Origin: an uncultured Gemmatimonadales bacterium
GTDB lineage: Bacteria > Gemmatimonadota > Gemmatimonadetes > Gemmatimonadales > GWC2-71-9
Length of the DNA stretch: 64,000 bases
Reading direction: 5' to 3'
Assembly: GCA_963842945.1 (NCBI GenBank)
Contig: CAWJIM010000003.1
Span: 32,001 to 96,000 of the forward strand
Each line of letters begins with the position of its first letter. Within the stretch, counting starts at the first letter, position 1. Positions 44,766 through 57,055 of the stretch are shown here, piece by piece. The notes under the pieces were generated by a model. That model worked only from the letters and a program-made list of their open reading frames with translations. It did no database searches and had not been told where the DNA came from. The translations under genes were made by a program, and so were the position numbers.

Positions 44766-47523
44766 GTGCTGCCACTACTTCTCCGCGCCGCGCTTCTCCT
44801 GGGCTCGATCGCGCTGATCGAGCTGCCGCATCCGCTGGCGGCCCAGAAAACCGCACCCGCTACCCTCGACATACCCTTTCACCGGTTCGTGCTTCCCAAC
44901 GGGCTGACCTTGATCGTTCATGAGGATCACAAGGCGCCAATCGTAGCGGTGAACGTCTGGTATCATGTCGGTTCCAAGAACGAGCGCCCGGGCCGCACCG
45001 GCTTTGCTCACCTGTTCGAGCACCTGATGTTCAACGGCAGCGAGAATTACGACAAGGATTTCTTCGGTCCGCTGGAGCAGGCCGGCGCCACCGACATGAA
45101 CGGGACCACCAACGAGGACCGGACCAACTATTTCGAGAACGTCCCCACCAATGCACTGGACCTCGTCCTCTGGATGGAGTCCGACCGGATGGGACATCTC
45201 ACCGGGGCTATCAGCTCAACCCAAGCTGGACGAGCAGCGTGGAGTGGTTCAGAACGAGAAGCGTCAGGGAGAAAATGAACCCTACGGCAAGGTCTGGGAC
45301 TTTCTTACTCCCAAGCTGTACCCCGCCAATCATCCCTATTCCTGGATGACCATCGGCTCTATGGAGGACCTCGATGCCGCCAAGCTGCCCGACGTGAAAG
45401 ACTGGTTCACCACCTACTATGGCGCAGCCAACGCGGTGGTGGTGGTAGCGGGAGACATCGACCTGCAAACCGCCAGACAGAAAGTCGAGCAGTACTTCGG
45501 CGACATACCGGCCGGCCCTCCGGTGGCTCGGCAGCAGGCCTGGATCGCCAAGCGGACCGGCAGTCAACGGGGCGTGATGCAGGATCGGGTGCCCCAAGCG
45601 CGCGTCTACAAGGTGTGGAACGTCCCAGGGTGGGGCACTCCCGAAGCCGATTATCTCAACCTGCTGAGCGACGTATTGAGCAGCGGCAAGTCATCCCGGC
45701 TCTACAAGCGTTTGGTCTATGACGATCAGACTGCGACCGACGTGTCGGCCTATGTCGATATGCGGGAGATCGGGGGGCTGTTCGTGGTCGAGGCAACCGC
45801 TCGCCCCGGCGTCGACCTGGCGCGGGTGGAGAAGGCGGTGGACGAAGAACTACGCCGCCTGCTGGCGGGCGGACCTACGGCAGCCGAGCTCCGCCGGATC
45901 AAGACCCAATACCGGGCCGGCTTCATCCGGGGGGTGGAGCGGATCGGCGGCTTCGGCGGCAAGTCTGACGTCCTGGCGCAGGGTGAGGTGTTTGCCGGTC
46001 GTCCTGACTTCTACAAGGTGAGGCTGAACCGGGTGCGTCAGGCCACCACCACCCAACTCAGCAGCGCAGCACGGCAGTGGCTCACCGATGGAGTCTACAC
46101 CCTCGAGGTTCGTCCCTACCCCGAGTTTCAGACGGCATCCGCTGGAGCCGACCGCTCCAAGCTCCCGGAGCCAGGCACGCCGGCAGAGGCGAAGTTTCCC
46201 GAGCTGGAGAGAGCCACGCTTTCCAACGGACTCAAAGTTGTTCTCGCTCGGCGACCTTCGATTCCGCAGGTCCGCCTCGACCTGGTGCTCGACGCCGGCT
46301 TTGCCGCGGATAAGTCGGTTATTCCGGGTACCGCCAGCATGACGCTGGCCATGATGGATGAAGGCACCACCGGGCGGAACGCCATTCAGATCAGCGATGA
46401 GCTGGCGCAACTGGGCGCCAACCTGAGTACCGGTTCCCGGCTGGATGTCTCCAGCGTTTCCCTGGAGGCGCTCAAGGAGAATCTGGATCCTTCACTGGCT
46501 GTCTATGCCGACGTGATCCTGCATCCGTCGTTTCCACGACAGGATTTCGAGCGGCTGAAGAAACAGAGATTGGCTCAGATCCAGCAAGAAAAAGCAGATC
46601 CGGTAGGATTGGCGCTCCGGGTTTTCCCCGGGCTTCTGTATGGGCCGGGCCACGCCTACGCCAATCCCTGGACCGGTTCGGGCACCGAGGAATCCACCAG
46701 CCGTCTCAAGCGGGAGGATTTGATCCGCTTCCACGACACCTGGTTCAAACCGAATCATGCGACGATGGTCGTGGTCGGCGCCACCACGATGGAGGAGATC
46801 CGGCCCCGGCTGGAGCGCCTGTTCGCCGGCTGGAAACCGGGCGATGTTCCGGCCAAGTCTATTGCGACGGTGGAACAGCAGCCTCGGCCGGTGGTCTACC
46901 TGATGGACCGGCCCGGCTCGCTTCAGTCGGTAATCATCGCCGGCAACCTCGCGCCGCCCAAGGCCAACCCGAATGAGGTCGCCATTCAGACCATGAACGG
47001 CGTGCTGGGCAGCGACTTCAGCTCGCGAGTCAACATGAATCTGCGGGAGGACAAGCACTGGGCCTACGGCGCTTTTACCTTCTTTCGGGATGCCCGTGGC
47101 CAGCGGCCATTCATTGCCTACGCCCCGGTTCAGACCGACAAGACCAAGGAGGCCGTCGTCGAGCTCGACAAGGAGCTTCGGGGCATCGTGAAGGATCGAC
47201 CGATCGAGCCGGCCGAGCTCTCCCGGGCCCAGGCCTCGCTCACCCTGACCCTGCCCGGTTCATGGGAAACGATGGGGGCCTTGTCGGGCGCGATCACCGA
47301 CATTCTGAGCTACGGGCTGGACGATCGCTACTATGATACCTTTGCTCAGAAGGTGCGGTCCCAGACGATCCAGAGTCTCACGCAAGTGGCGGCCGATGTG
47401 GTCCACCCCAACCAGCTGATCTGGGTCATCGTGGGCGACCGGTCCAAAATCGAGACTGGAATTCGAGACCTGAAGCTGGGGGAGATTCGGCTGATCGACA
47501 GCAACGGGAAGCCCCTGACCTGA
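44766..47523 (+). CDS. M16 family zinc peptidase (PqqL/insulinase-like), secreted; frameshift near 45215
   Basis: Signal peptide; WYHVGSKNE..GFAHLFEHLMF (HxxEH); NLREDKHWAYG. Confidence 0.93.
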
Positions 47524-47552
47524 TGGCTTCCCATATTCCAACGGAGTAGACC

Positions 47553-47982
47553 ATGACAACCAGCAGTGCCAGCGCGGTGTGGGAGGGTGTTTTGCGCAGC
47601 GGGCGGGGCCACTTCAAGGCGGCCTCCGGCGCGTTCGAGGGTGACTACTCGTTTGCCACCAGATTCGAGGGTGCCCGGGGGACCAACCCCGAAGAGCTGA
47701 TTGCCGCGGCACATGCCGCCTGCCTCAGCATGGCCCTTTCTGCCGGGCTCGAGAAGGGCGGCACCCCCGCTACCCGAATCAGTACCAAGGCGTCGTGTAC
47801 CGTCGAGAAGGCGGGAGAAGGATTCAAGATTACGCAAGATGCGCTTGGAGGTCCGGGGCAAAGTTTCGGGCTTGGACCAAGCCGGCTTTGCCAAGGCAGC
47901 GGAAGCCGCCAAGAACGGCTGCCCCGTATCTACCGCATTGCAGGGCAACGTTCAGATGGAGCTGGACGCCAAGCTGGAATAG
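47553..47982 (+). CDS. osmC: OsmC family peroxiredoxin (frameshift near 47835)
   Basis: YSFATRFE..GTNPEELIAAAHAACLSMAL and AKNGCPVS. Confidence 0.92.
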
Positions 47983-48037
47983 CAAGTCCGAGTAAGCGCT
48001 TAGTATTCTGTATATTGTATACAAAATACTTAATTCA

Positions 48038-48682
48038 ATGAGCCAAGTGATCGGTCGTAAACCCCTCAGAGATCAGGCCTATCAGGAGATCCTCGATCGC
48101 GTTCACCGCGGCGACCTGGCTCCGGGCACCCGCGTAAGGGACACCTCGCTCGCCGGTCAGCTCGGGATCAGCCGTACCCCGATTCGCGAAGCGCTGCTCC
48201 GGCTATCCCGAGAGGGAATCCTGGCAGCCGATATAGGCCGGGGTTTCAGCGTCTGCCGGCTCGATTCGACGGAAATGCGGGAGAGTGGCGCCATCCTCAG
48301 CGCCCTCGAGGTGCTGGCGCTGCAGACCTCCGCCGACATCCCTCCGGAGCGGCTCGGCCGGCTCAGCGAGATCGATAGAGAGCTGGCGTCGATTCGAAGC
48401 GACGTGGACCGGACCGTCGGACTGGAAGAGGAGTGGCACCAAACCCTGCTGCTTGGCTGCCCCAACCGCCGGCTTCGCGATATGATCGACAATCTCTGGC
48501 AGGTGCCGAGACGATATATCCGGGTTTACCTCCGGGAGGCAGGCCGGGTCAGCCTTTCTACTCAGCATCATGCCCGCATCATCGAAGCGTTGAGGCGTAA
48601 CGATCGTACCGCCGCCGCCGACCGGCTGGCCCACCATTGGGAAAGAGGAATCGAGGAGCTGGGCTCATGGCTGGAACGATAG
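48038..48682 (+). CDS. GntR family regulator (FCD domain)
   Basis: LAGQLGISRTPIREALLRL HTH; HARIIEAL. Confidence 0.92.
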   Translation: MSQVIGRKPLRDQAYQEILDRVHRGDLAPGTRVRDTSLAGQLGISRTPIREALLRLSREGILAADIGRGFSVCRLDSTEMRESGAILSALEVLALQTSADIPPERLGRLSEIDRELASIRSDVDRTVGLEEEWHQTLLLGCPNRRLRDMIDNLWQVPRRYIRVYLREAGRVSLSTQHHARIIEALRRNDRTAAADRLAHHWERGIEELGSWLER

Positions 48683-49897
48683 CGGCCGACCTGGCTCGAG
48701 ACCTACTGCGCTGGCGCCAGGACACTCCCGGGTGCTCCCGAGTAGCCCACCTGAACAACGCCGGAGCGGCGCTGGTGCCTCGTGTCGTCCGGGAGGCCAT
48801 CGACGCGCATCTCGACCTGGAGAGTGAGATCGGCGCCTATGAAGCGGCCGAGGCCCGCGCGGGAGAGTTGCGGGAGGTATACGCGACCCTGGGCAGGCTG
48901 TTGGGGACGCGAGCCGAGAACGTGGCGCTGGTCCAGAACTCGACAGTTGCGTTTGCTCAGGCAATCAGTGCGTTCGACCTCGGGCCGGAGGACAGCATCC
49001 TTACCAGCCAGGATGATTACGCCTCCAACCAGATCATGTACCTGTCACTGGCGCAAAGAAGGGGTGTGCGCATCGTTCGAGCGCCCGACACCCCCGAAGG
49101 AGGAATAGATCCCGATGAGGTGCGCCGCCTGGTAGCACGCCAACGGCCAACGCTTGTCGCCCTTACCTGGATCCCAACCAACTCTGGTCTGGTTCAGCCG
49201 GCGGAGCTCATCGGGCAGATCTGCCGGGCCTCCGAGGTTCCCTACCTCGTTGACGCCTGCCAGGCTGTGGGTCAAATGCCGATCGACGTCACCCGCCTGG
49301 GCTGCGACTTCCTCTCAGGCACGGCCCGCAAGTTTGTCAGGGGACCGCGGGGTCTGGGCTTCCTCTATATATCCGACCGCATGCTGGGGCGGGGCGCCCA
49401 TCCCCTGCTGATCGATATGCACGGAGCCACCTGGACCGATCGCGACAGATTCGAGCTCACTCCTGACGCCCGGCGCTTCGAGACCTGGGAATTCGCCTAT
49501 GCCCTCATGTTCGGGCTCGGCGCCGCCGCCCAATACGCCCTGGATGTGGGACTGGAGACGGCTCGTGACCGCAGCCGCGGGCTGGCAGCCTACGTTCGAG
49601 ACCGCCTTGCCCGGCTTCCCGGTGTTCGGGTGCTCGATCGAGGGACCGAACTATGTGCCATTGCCACGGCCGAGATCGAGGGGCGGCACGCGGCGGGACG
49701 TGAAACTGGCGCTCCGGCGCCGCGGCATAAATACCAGCTCGCCGGAACGGGAGGACGCGGTCATCGATATGGACTCGAAGCACGCCACCTCGGCACTGCG
49801 GATCTCGCCGCACTACTACAACACCAAGGAAGAGATCGACACGGCGGTTGAGGCCCTCAGTGAAGTGCTGGCCGAGAGGCCATCAGTCTTAGCCTGA
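48667..49897 (+). CDS. Class V PLP-dependent aminotransferase / cysteine desulfurase-like enzyme (frameshift near 49690)
   Basis: HLNNAGAAL, VDACQAVGQ, GTARKFVRGPRG, RISPHYYNT. Confidence 0.9.
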
Positions 49898-50590
49898 GGC
49901 CTTCTCCGTCCTGTCAGGCTTCGCAGGCTCCTTCAGAACCTGCTCCAGCACCCGCCACATCGTCTCCGCCATCCTCCGCTGCACCCTCGGCGGTGGGATG
50001 GACTCCATCCGCCTGAGTCAGGGCACTGACTCCGCCCACTCCTTCGAGCAGGAAGGGAACCAGTGTGGCGCTATGGGCCCGGGCCAGCTGGGGGTAGATC
50101 GACTCGAACTGCTGGCTGTAGGCGCGGCCATAGTTGGGAGGGATCTTCATCCCCACCAGCACCAGCCTTGCGCGGGGCTGCAGCTGGTGAGCCCGGCGCA
50201 GAATCGCATCAACGTTGGACCGCAGCGAATCGAGCTGGTAATCCCCGCAGTCCGTCGTTTGCCCCGGTTTCAACCACCAGCTACCGAGACAGGTTGCTGC
50301 AGGAGCCAGTCCACACGCCTCACCGCACCGGCGGAGGTTTCACCGCTCACCCCGGCATTGATCACCCGGTAAGGCAGTCCCGCTGCATCGATCTTCTGCT
50401 GGATCAGCGCGGGATAGGCTTTGGCTGGATCGATGCCGTAACCTGCGGTGAGGCTGGTTCCCAGAAAGAGAACCGCCGGGCGCTCGGAGCTTTTATCTGG
50501 CGGGTTCGTGGCTGGTTCGTCCTTGACCTGCTGCTCGCAACTCACGATGGCGGCGAGCACGCCGGAGAGGAGTAAGTGTCTGAGTATCAT
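49889..50590 (-). CDS. SGNH/GDSL arylesterase lipoprotein (TesA-like), frameshifted
   Basis: FLGTSLTAGYG, NAGVSGETS, ETGANDGLRG, QADGVHP; divergent from YbbAP-like genes. Confidence 0.88.
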
Positions 50591-50596
50591 TCGTGA

Positions 50597-51281
50597 ATGT
50601 CTGATGCCATTCTGCGCTGCCAATCTCTGAGCCGAACCTACCGCTCGGGCAGCCGCGATCTCACTGTGCTGAAGGATATCACCTTCGATGTGTCGCCGGG
50701 CGAATTTCTGGCGATTCTCGGGCCCTCGGGCAGCGGGAAGACGACGCTGCTCGGGCTGCTGGCCGGATTGGACCTGCCCAGCAGCGGCACGGTACATCTC
50801 GACGGGCAGCATCTGGGCTCGATGACCGAGGATGAGCGAGCCAGACTCCGGGTGGAGAAGATCGGTTTTGTCTTTCAGTCCTTTCAGCTGATGCCCACCC
50901 TCACCGCGCAGGAAAACGTGCAGGTCCCGCTCGAGCTAAGGGGTGAATCCGAGGCCCGCAACCGAGCACGCGACCTGTTGAACCGAGTGGGACTGGGTGG
51001 CCGGGAACACCACTATCCGGTCCAGCTATCCGGTGGCGAGCAGCAGAGAGTGGCTCTGGCAAGAGCGTTCAGCACCCGGCCCGAAAATTCTGTTTGCCGA
51101 TGAGCCGACCGGCAACCTGGACGCCAGTACCGGCGCCACCATCATCGAGCTCATGGCCGGGCTGAACAACGATCAGGGGACGACGCTAATCCTGGTCACT
51201 CACGATCTCGAGCTCGCGGCCAGGGCTCGCCGGACCATTCGCCTGGCGGATGGCCGGCTCAGCGGAGACACCGCGGCATGA
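50597..51281 (+). CDS. ABC transporter ATP-binding protein (YbbA-like), frameshift near 51085
   Basis: GPSGSGKT, LSGGEQQR, FADEPTGNLD, VTHD. Confidence 0.93.
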
Positions 51282-53819
51282 CCGAACTGGCCTTTCTCTT
51301 TCGCATGGCAGGCCGGGAGCTGAGAGCAGCCCGTGGGCGGGCCGCGTTGCTGGTTGGGACCGTTGCCGTTGGCGTCTCTGCGCTGGTGGCGATCGCTTCC
51401 TTCACCGAGAACCTGCGGAACTCGGTTGACCAGCAGGCGCGCACCCTGCTCGGCGCCGACCTCGCGTTCTCCAGCCGACAGCCATTTTCTCGCCGGGCTG
51501 AAGCCGCGCTGGACACCCTCGGCCGGCAGGGCGCCGAGCTGGCGCGGCTCACCAGTTTCGCCGCGATGGCCTATGCGCCGAAGGGAAAGAGCACCCGATT
51601 GGTGCAGGTCGCTGCTGTCTCAGGCAACTATCCGTTTTACGGTGAGATCGCGACCCAACCTTCGGCGGCGTGGCGCGCGCTGCAGACGGGACGGAACGTC
51701 ATCGTTGACCCGTCCTTGTTGCCGGCACTGGAGACCGAAGTGGGCGACACGCTGGCGCTGGGTGAAGCCCGCTTTCTGATCAGCGGCACCATTCGCAGTG
51801 CTCCCAATCAGGTCGGATTTCCGCTTCGCGCTCGGGCCGCGAATCTATATCCCGGCAGCGTCCCTCCAGGCGACCGCCCTGTTGGGGTTTGGCGCCCGGG
51901 TTCAATACGAGGTCTACGCCAAGCTTCCGCGGGGCATCTCGGCCCAGGCGTGGGCCAGCCACCACCGATCGCAGCTTACCGCCGAGCGAGTGCGGGTACG
52001 CACCGTGGCAGAGGACCAGCGCAACCTCGACGAGGTGCTCTCCCGGCTGGCCGGCTATCTCGGACTGGTGGCTCTGATGGCCTTGCTGCTGGCCGGTATT
52101 GGAGCGGCCAGTGCCGCAGTGGTCCAGGTTCGGCAGCGCACTGAATCCATTGCTGTACTCAGGTGCCTGGGCGCCACCGGCGGACGGGTGTTCCGGCTCT
52201 ACCTGCTCGAATCGGCGCTCATGGGTTTGGCTGGGAGCCTGCTGGGGACGCTGATGGGCATTGCTCTACAACAGCTCCTTCCCCGGCTGCTCGGAAGCCT
52301 GCTGCCGGTTGAGGTGGTGCCTGGCATTTCCTGGAATGCCATTGCTCTCGGGATCGGGGTTGGCTTCTGGATCACCTTGATCTTCACCAGCTTTCCTCTC
52401 CTCGCTGTGCGAGCCATTTCACCGCTCAGGGCGCTGCGCCGGGCGTATGAGGGTGAGCGTCCCGTCCATGACCTGTGGTGGGGCGTGGCGACCGTGGCGC
52501 TGGCCGGAAGCATCCTCCTGCTCGCCGTCCATCAAGTCGGCAGCTGGCGACAGGGAGTCATCTTTGCCGGAGGCGCCGGACTCACCCTTCTGGTGCTGTG
52601 GGCCTCCGCCTGGGGTCTTACCCATACCCTGCGGCGCCGTTTCCCTCAGGGAATGCCGTATGTCTGGCGGCAGGGACTGGCGAACCTGTACCGGCCTGCC
52701 AATCAGACCACGATCCTGATTCTGGGTATCGGGTTTGGAGCGTTCCTGTTGGGGACTCTCTATCTGACGCAGCACAACCTGCTGCAGCAGCTGAGGACAA
52801 CCGGAGGGTCGGGGCGCCCCAATCTGGTGCTCTTCGACATCCAGCCCGATCAAATGACGACGGTGCGTCAGGAGCTGCAGAGAGCGGGACTTCCGCTCTT
52901 CGGACCAACCTCGATCGTGCCGATGCGGATAGCCGCGATCAACGGCCGCCCGATCACTACCCTGCTCAACCGCCGGGCGAATGATGAAGAGCCGGAGGAT
53001 GCCTGGGCCCTCCGTCGCGAGTACCGCTCGACCTATCGCGACACCCTGGTAGCCTCTGAACGGGTGGTCGAGGGAACCTGGCAGCGCGCCAGGTCGGGAC
53101 CTCCCGCGGGCATATCGGTGGAGCAGGATCTCGCCCGGGAGCTGGGAGTTGGAATCGGCGATCAGATCATCTGGGATGTGCAGGGAGTCTCACTTCCCTC
53201 CCGGATCACCAGCTTACGTGCGGTGGATTGGGCCCGGTTCGAGCCCAACTTTTTTGTGGTGTTCGCCCCGGGAGCGCTGGAACGAGCACCTCAGACACTG
53301 GTGGCGCTTACCCGGATCCCTGAGCCCCTGGCGCTAGGCCAGTTCCAGCGACGAATTGCTGAGCGGCTACCCAACGTCTCGACCCTGGATCTGTCGGTAC
53401 TGCAGGAGGCCCTGGAGCGTCTGGTCGAACGCGTGGCGTTGGCCATCAGGTTCATGGCTCTCTTCAGCGTCGCGGTGGGCGTGCTGGTCCTGGTCGGCGC
53501 GTTGGCCACCAGCCGGTTCCAGCGCATCCGGGAGGCCGCCCTGCTCCGAACTCTGGGAGCAACGCGGTCGCAGATTTTTGGCGTGGTGCTGGCCGAATAT
53601 CTCTCGCTCGGGCTCCTTGCCACCGTGGTGGCGCTGGTGCTCGCCGGACTGGCCGCCTGGGCGCTTGCGCGCTTCGTCTTCGAGGGTAGCTTCACGATCC
53701 CAGTCCCAGCGATGAGCGCATTGGCTGCGGGCATCGTGGCACTCACCGTGGCAGTGGGCCTGGCCAACAGCCTCGACGTCGTTCGCCGCACTCCGCTCGA
53801 AATCTTGCGCGAGGAATAG
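51278..53819 (+). CDS. ABC transporter permease (YbbP/FtsX-like), frameshift near 51820
   Basis: LLGADL, YPFYG, IAVLRCLGAT, PNLVLFDIQPDQ, LLRTLGAT. Confidence 0.9.
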
Positions 53820-53841
53820 AACAGCTCCCCGAGGATTCCCC

Positions 53842-54741
53842 ATGCTGGCAATCGACCTGACCGGTAAGCGCGCGCTGATCGCGGGAGTCTCCGACGATGG
53901 CGGCTTTGGTTTTGCCATCGCCAAGGCATTGGCCGAAGCCGGGGCGAGTATTTGCGTGGGAAGCTGGCCTCCTGCCCTGGGCATCTTCACCAAGATGCTG
54001 GAGCGCGGGAAGATGGAGGAATCGATGCGGCTGGCCGGCGGCCGGAAGCTCGAGTTCGAGCGGATCTTTCCGCTGGACGCCGCCTACGACAGCCTGGCCG
54101 ATGCGCCCCCGGAGATCAGGGAAAACAAGCGTTACAAGGACGTGGGTGATTTCAGCATTCAGGGAATGACCGAGCGAATCCGGCAGGACTTCGGCGACCC
54201 TGCCCTGGACATCGTGGTCCACAGCCTGGCCAATGCGCCGGAAGTGAAGTCTCCGCTGGTCGACACCAGCCGACAGGGATACCTCTCCGCCCTCAGCGTC
54301 AGCGCATACAGCAACATTTCGCTGGTGAAGCACCTCTCACCGGTGATGCGCAGCGGCGGGTCCTTTCTTTCCCTGACTTATATGGCGGGTGAGCGGGTGA
54401 TCCCGGGCTACGGCGGGGGAATGTCGTCAGCCAAGGCAGCTCTGGAAGCCGACACCAGAACCCTGGCCTTCGAGGGTGGTCGCCGCTGGGGCGTGCGGGT
54501 AAATGCGATCTCTGCCGGACCGTGGGCGTCTCGGGCCGCCAGCGCGATTGGATTCATCGACACCATGATTCGCTACACCGCCAGCAACTCTCCCCTGCCC
54601 CGGCCCATCGACGCGGCCGATGTGGGAGCCACAGCGGCATTCCTTTCCAGCCCGCTGGCCCGCGCCATCACCGGAAGCGTGGTGTACGTGGACAACGGCT
54701 TCCATGCCATGGGCATGGCCGTGGTTGACGGAGAGAAGTAG
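53842..54741 (+). CDS. fabI: Enoyl-ACP reductase, plant/chlamydial-type FabI
   Basis: AGVSDDGGFGFAIAK, VHSLANAPEV, PGYGGGMSSAKAALE, SRAASAIGFI, YVDNG. Confidence 0.92.
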   Translation: MLAIDLTGKRALIAGVSDDGGFGFAIAKALAEAGASICVGSWPPALGIFTKMLERGKMEESMRLAGGRKLEFERIFPLDAAYDSLADAPPEIRENKRYKDVGDFSIQGMTERIRQDFGDPALDIVVHSLANAPEVKSPLVDTSRQGYLSALSVSAYSNISLVKHLSPVMRSGGSFLSLTYMAGERVIPGYGGGMSSAKAALEADTRTLAFEGGRRWGVRVNAISAGPWASRAASAIGFIDTMIRYTASNSPLPRPIDAADVGATAAFLSSPLARAITGSVVYVDNGFHAMGMAVVDGEK

Positions 54742-54744
54742 CCG

Positions 54745-55130
54745 CTAGCGCCCCCGGGCCACCGCCTCGATCAGCTGAGCCAGAACGGTAAGATCGAACG
54801 GCTTCTCGATCAGCGGGCGTGGGGTCCGGGAAATGAAGTTGCTCCAGGCTGGAGAGGCCAGATCGCCGGTAGTAATGATCAGGCACCCGAACAGATCTGG
54901 CCGGTGCTCAGCCAGCCAGTCGTGCAGCTCGACGCCGGAGCAGTTCGGCATTCTGAGGTCGGACACCACGATCTGATACCCGTGCGGGCCGCTACGCCGG
55001 ATCTTACCCAGCGCCACCCTGCCGTCTTCGGCTTCTTCCGCCTCCCACCCCCGCCGCCGGAGATAGCGAGTCAACGCGCTACGGATGGTGGGCTCATCGT
55101 CTACGACGAGCGCACGCCGCTTCAGCCCGG
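54745..55130 (-). CDS. Single-domain response regulator (start uncertain)
   Basis: The frame extends upstream of the tracked ORF: RALVVDDEPTIR..VVSDLRMP..ITTG..EKPF. Confidence 0.85.
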
Positions 55131-55309
55131 CAACGGAGATAGTGCGCGAGATGAGAATCAGCTTGGGGCACTGCTGTCGGATGAAGCCGAGGCGGGGTGG
55201 ACCGGCCAGGGGAGCCGCGGGTGTGAGCTCAGGCTTCTTCGTATAATACTAGCCTGATTTTGCCCGCCGGGCACGAGCCCGCAAGGCCACCCCCACCAGC
55301 GAGCCCACC

Positions 55310-56095
55310 GTGATCGAACTGTCGTCTGAATTCGATGGATCAATCCATCGACTGATACTCAACCGCCCGGCACGCCGAAACGCCCTCACTCCCGATTTGG
55401 CTCGAGCCCTGGCCCAGGAGATCGAGCAGATCGAGGAGGCCGGTGAAGCCCGGGTCATTCTGCTTTCGGGCGCGGGCGGCCACTTCTGCGCCGGCCTCGA
55501 CCTCCGTTGGCTGGATTCTCTGGGCTCCGCGCCGAGAATCGCGGACCTTCAGCATGGGCTGAGCGACTTTCAATCCGCCATCATTGCGGTCGTGCGCTCC
55601 CCCATTCCGGTGCTGGCTGTGGTCCAGGGAACCGTGGCCGGGTTCGGATTCGATCTCGCCCTTGCCTGCGACATGCGCCTTGCCGGAAGCAGCGCCACGT
55701 TCACCTCGGCCTTCGCCCGGATGGGACTGGTACCCGACGGAGGCTCGACCTTCACCCTTCCCCGTCTGGTCGGGGTGGGACGCGCGCTGCGACTCCTGAT
55801 GACCGATCAGTCGATCGACGCTCAGGCGGCTCTGTCGATCGGGCTGGTGGAAGAAGTCTTCGACGATCGCGAGCTCGACGCCGGCGTCGCCCGGGTTACC
55901 GGGGCCCTTATCTCCGGCGCGCACTCGAGCGTCCGAGCCATCAAACGACTCTCGCGGGCCCAGGAGGTTGGCGCGCTGGAGCAGGCGCTCTCCACCGAAG
56001 GCGCGGCACAGTTGCAGGCCCTGCAGAGCGCCGAGTTCCGGACCCGCCTCCAGGCATTCACCGCCAAGGCCACGGCCAAACGAGCGGGATCGTGA
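55310..56095 (+). CDS. Enoyl-CoA hydratase/isomerase
   Basis: LNRPARRNAL, FCAGLDL, LACDMR, GLVPDGG. Confidence 0.92.
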   Translation: MIELSSEFDGSIHRLILNRPARRNALTPDLARALAQEIEQIEEAGEARVILLSGAGGHFCAGLDLRWLDSLGSAPRIADLQHGLSDFQSAIIAVVRSPIPVLAVVQGTVAGFGFDLALACDMRLAGSSATFTSAFARMGLVPDGGSTFTLPRLVGVGRALRLLMTDQSIDAQAALSIGLVEEVFDDRELDAGVARVTGALISGAHSSVRAIKRLSRAQEVGALEQALSTEGAAQLQALQSAEFRTRLQAFTAKATAKRAGS

Positions 56096-56952
56096 GCCCG
56101 CGGTCCGGAATCTTTCAGCCCGATATGCTCGCCGGGAAAGTGGCCCTGGTCACTGGCGGCGGTACCGGAATCGGTCTGGGGATCGCGGCCGCGCTGGTGT
56201 CGGCCGGCGCCGACGTGGCCATTGCGAGCCGCAAGCCGGAGCACCTGGAACCCGCGGCCGAGCGATTGCGCGCCTCCGGCGCCAAGGTGACCGCTGTTGA
56301 AGCCAATGTGCGCGAGCCTGAGGCGGTGGCACGCATGGTCGAGCGGGTGTCGCAGCAGCACGGGAGACTGGACATTCTGGTCAACAATGCCGCGGGGAAC
56401 TTCTATGCCCCCAGCGCTACGCTGTCTCCCAACGGCTGGCGGGCGGTAGTGGAGACCGACCTCTACGGGACGTTCTACTGCTGTCAGGCGGTCTACCCGC
56501 TGATGAAAGCGCAGGGAGGTGGTCGGATCGTTTCCATCTCCATGACCCTCCACTACCGGGGCTGGCCCCTGATGGCCCATGCCACCGCGGCCAAGGCCGG
56601 CGTGGACGCGCTGACCCGAACCCTGGCTCTGGAGTGGGCCCGCGACCGGATCACGGTGAACGCCGTGGCCCCGGGCCCTATTCCGACCGAAGGCGTGAAA
56701 AAAGCTTTCACTCCGCCGGGAGCGGAGGCGCCCGATCTGTTCGGGATGGAGCAGTATGCCAGCAAGACGATTCCGCTGGGGCGCTGGGGCACCCCGGAGG
56801 ATATCGGCCAGATGGTCACCTACCTCGCCAGTCCCGCGGGTGACTGGATCACCGGCGCGATTATGGTAGTGGATGGTGGGGCTTGGCTGGGCGGCGGGGC
56901 AGCAGGGGCGATGGACAGCGGGGAAGCGGGGCAGCGGGGCGGGCGCGGCTAA
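56092..56952 (+). CDS. SDR oxidoreductase (2,4-dienoyl-CoA reductase-like)
   Basis: TGGGTGIG, NNAAGNF, HATAAKAGV, VNAVAPGPI; GTG start at 56092. Confidence 0.9.
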   Translation: MSPRSGIFQPDMLAGKVALVTGGGTGIGLGIAAALVSAGADVAIASRKPEHLEPAAERLRASGAKVTAVEANVREPEAVARMVERVSQQHGRLDILVNNAAGNFYAPSATLSPNGWRAVVETDLYGTFYCCQAVYPLMKAQGGGRIVSISMTLHYRGWPLMAHATAAKAGVDALTRTLALEWARDRITVNAVAPGPIPTEGVKKAFTPPGAEAPDLFGMEQYASKTIPLGRWGTPEDIGQMVTYLASPAGDWITGAIMVVDGGAWLGGGAAGAMDSGEAGQRGGRG

Positions 56953-57055
56953 TCAGGCCTGGCCCCGTACAAACGATTTCAACTCATATCTTGAAGGTAT
57001 GAACGGTATTCTGAGCTTTGCTGCCATGCTGCCCCGCTGCCTCGCTGCCCCGCCG
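56893..57055. repeat. Inverted octamer tandem arrays (AGCGGGGC / CTGCCCCG), same family as 44124-44232
   Basis: G-rich units at 56893-56949 and CTGCCnnG x4 at 57021-57052, around an AT-richer spacer. Confidence 0.7.

Noticed and set aside
50440..50480. GTSL instead of GDSL in the arylesterase
   Set aside because: The catalytic Ser and the other SGNH blocks are intact, so this is a minor variant.
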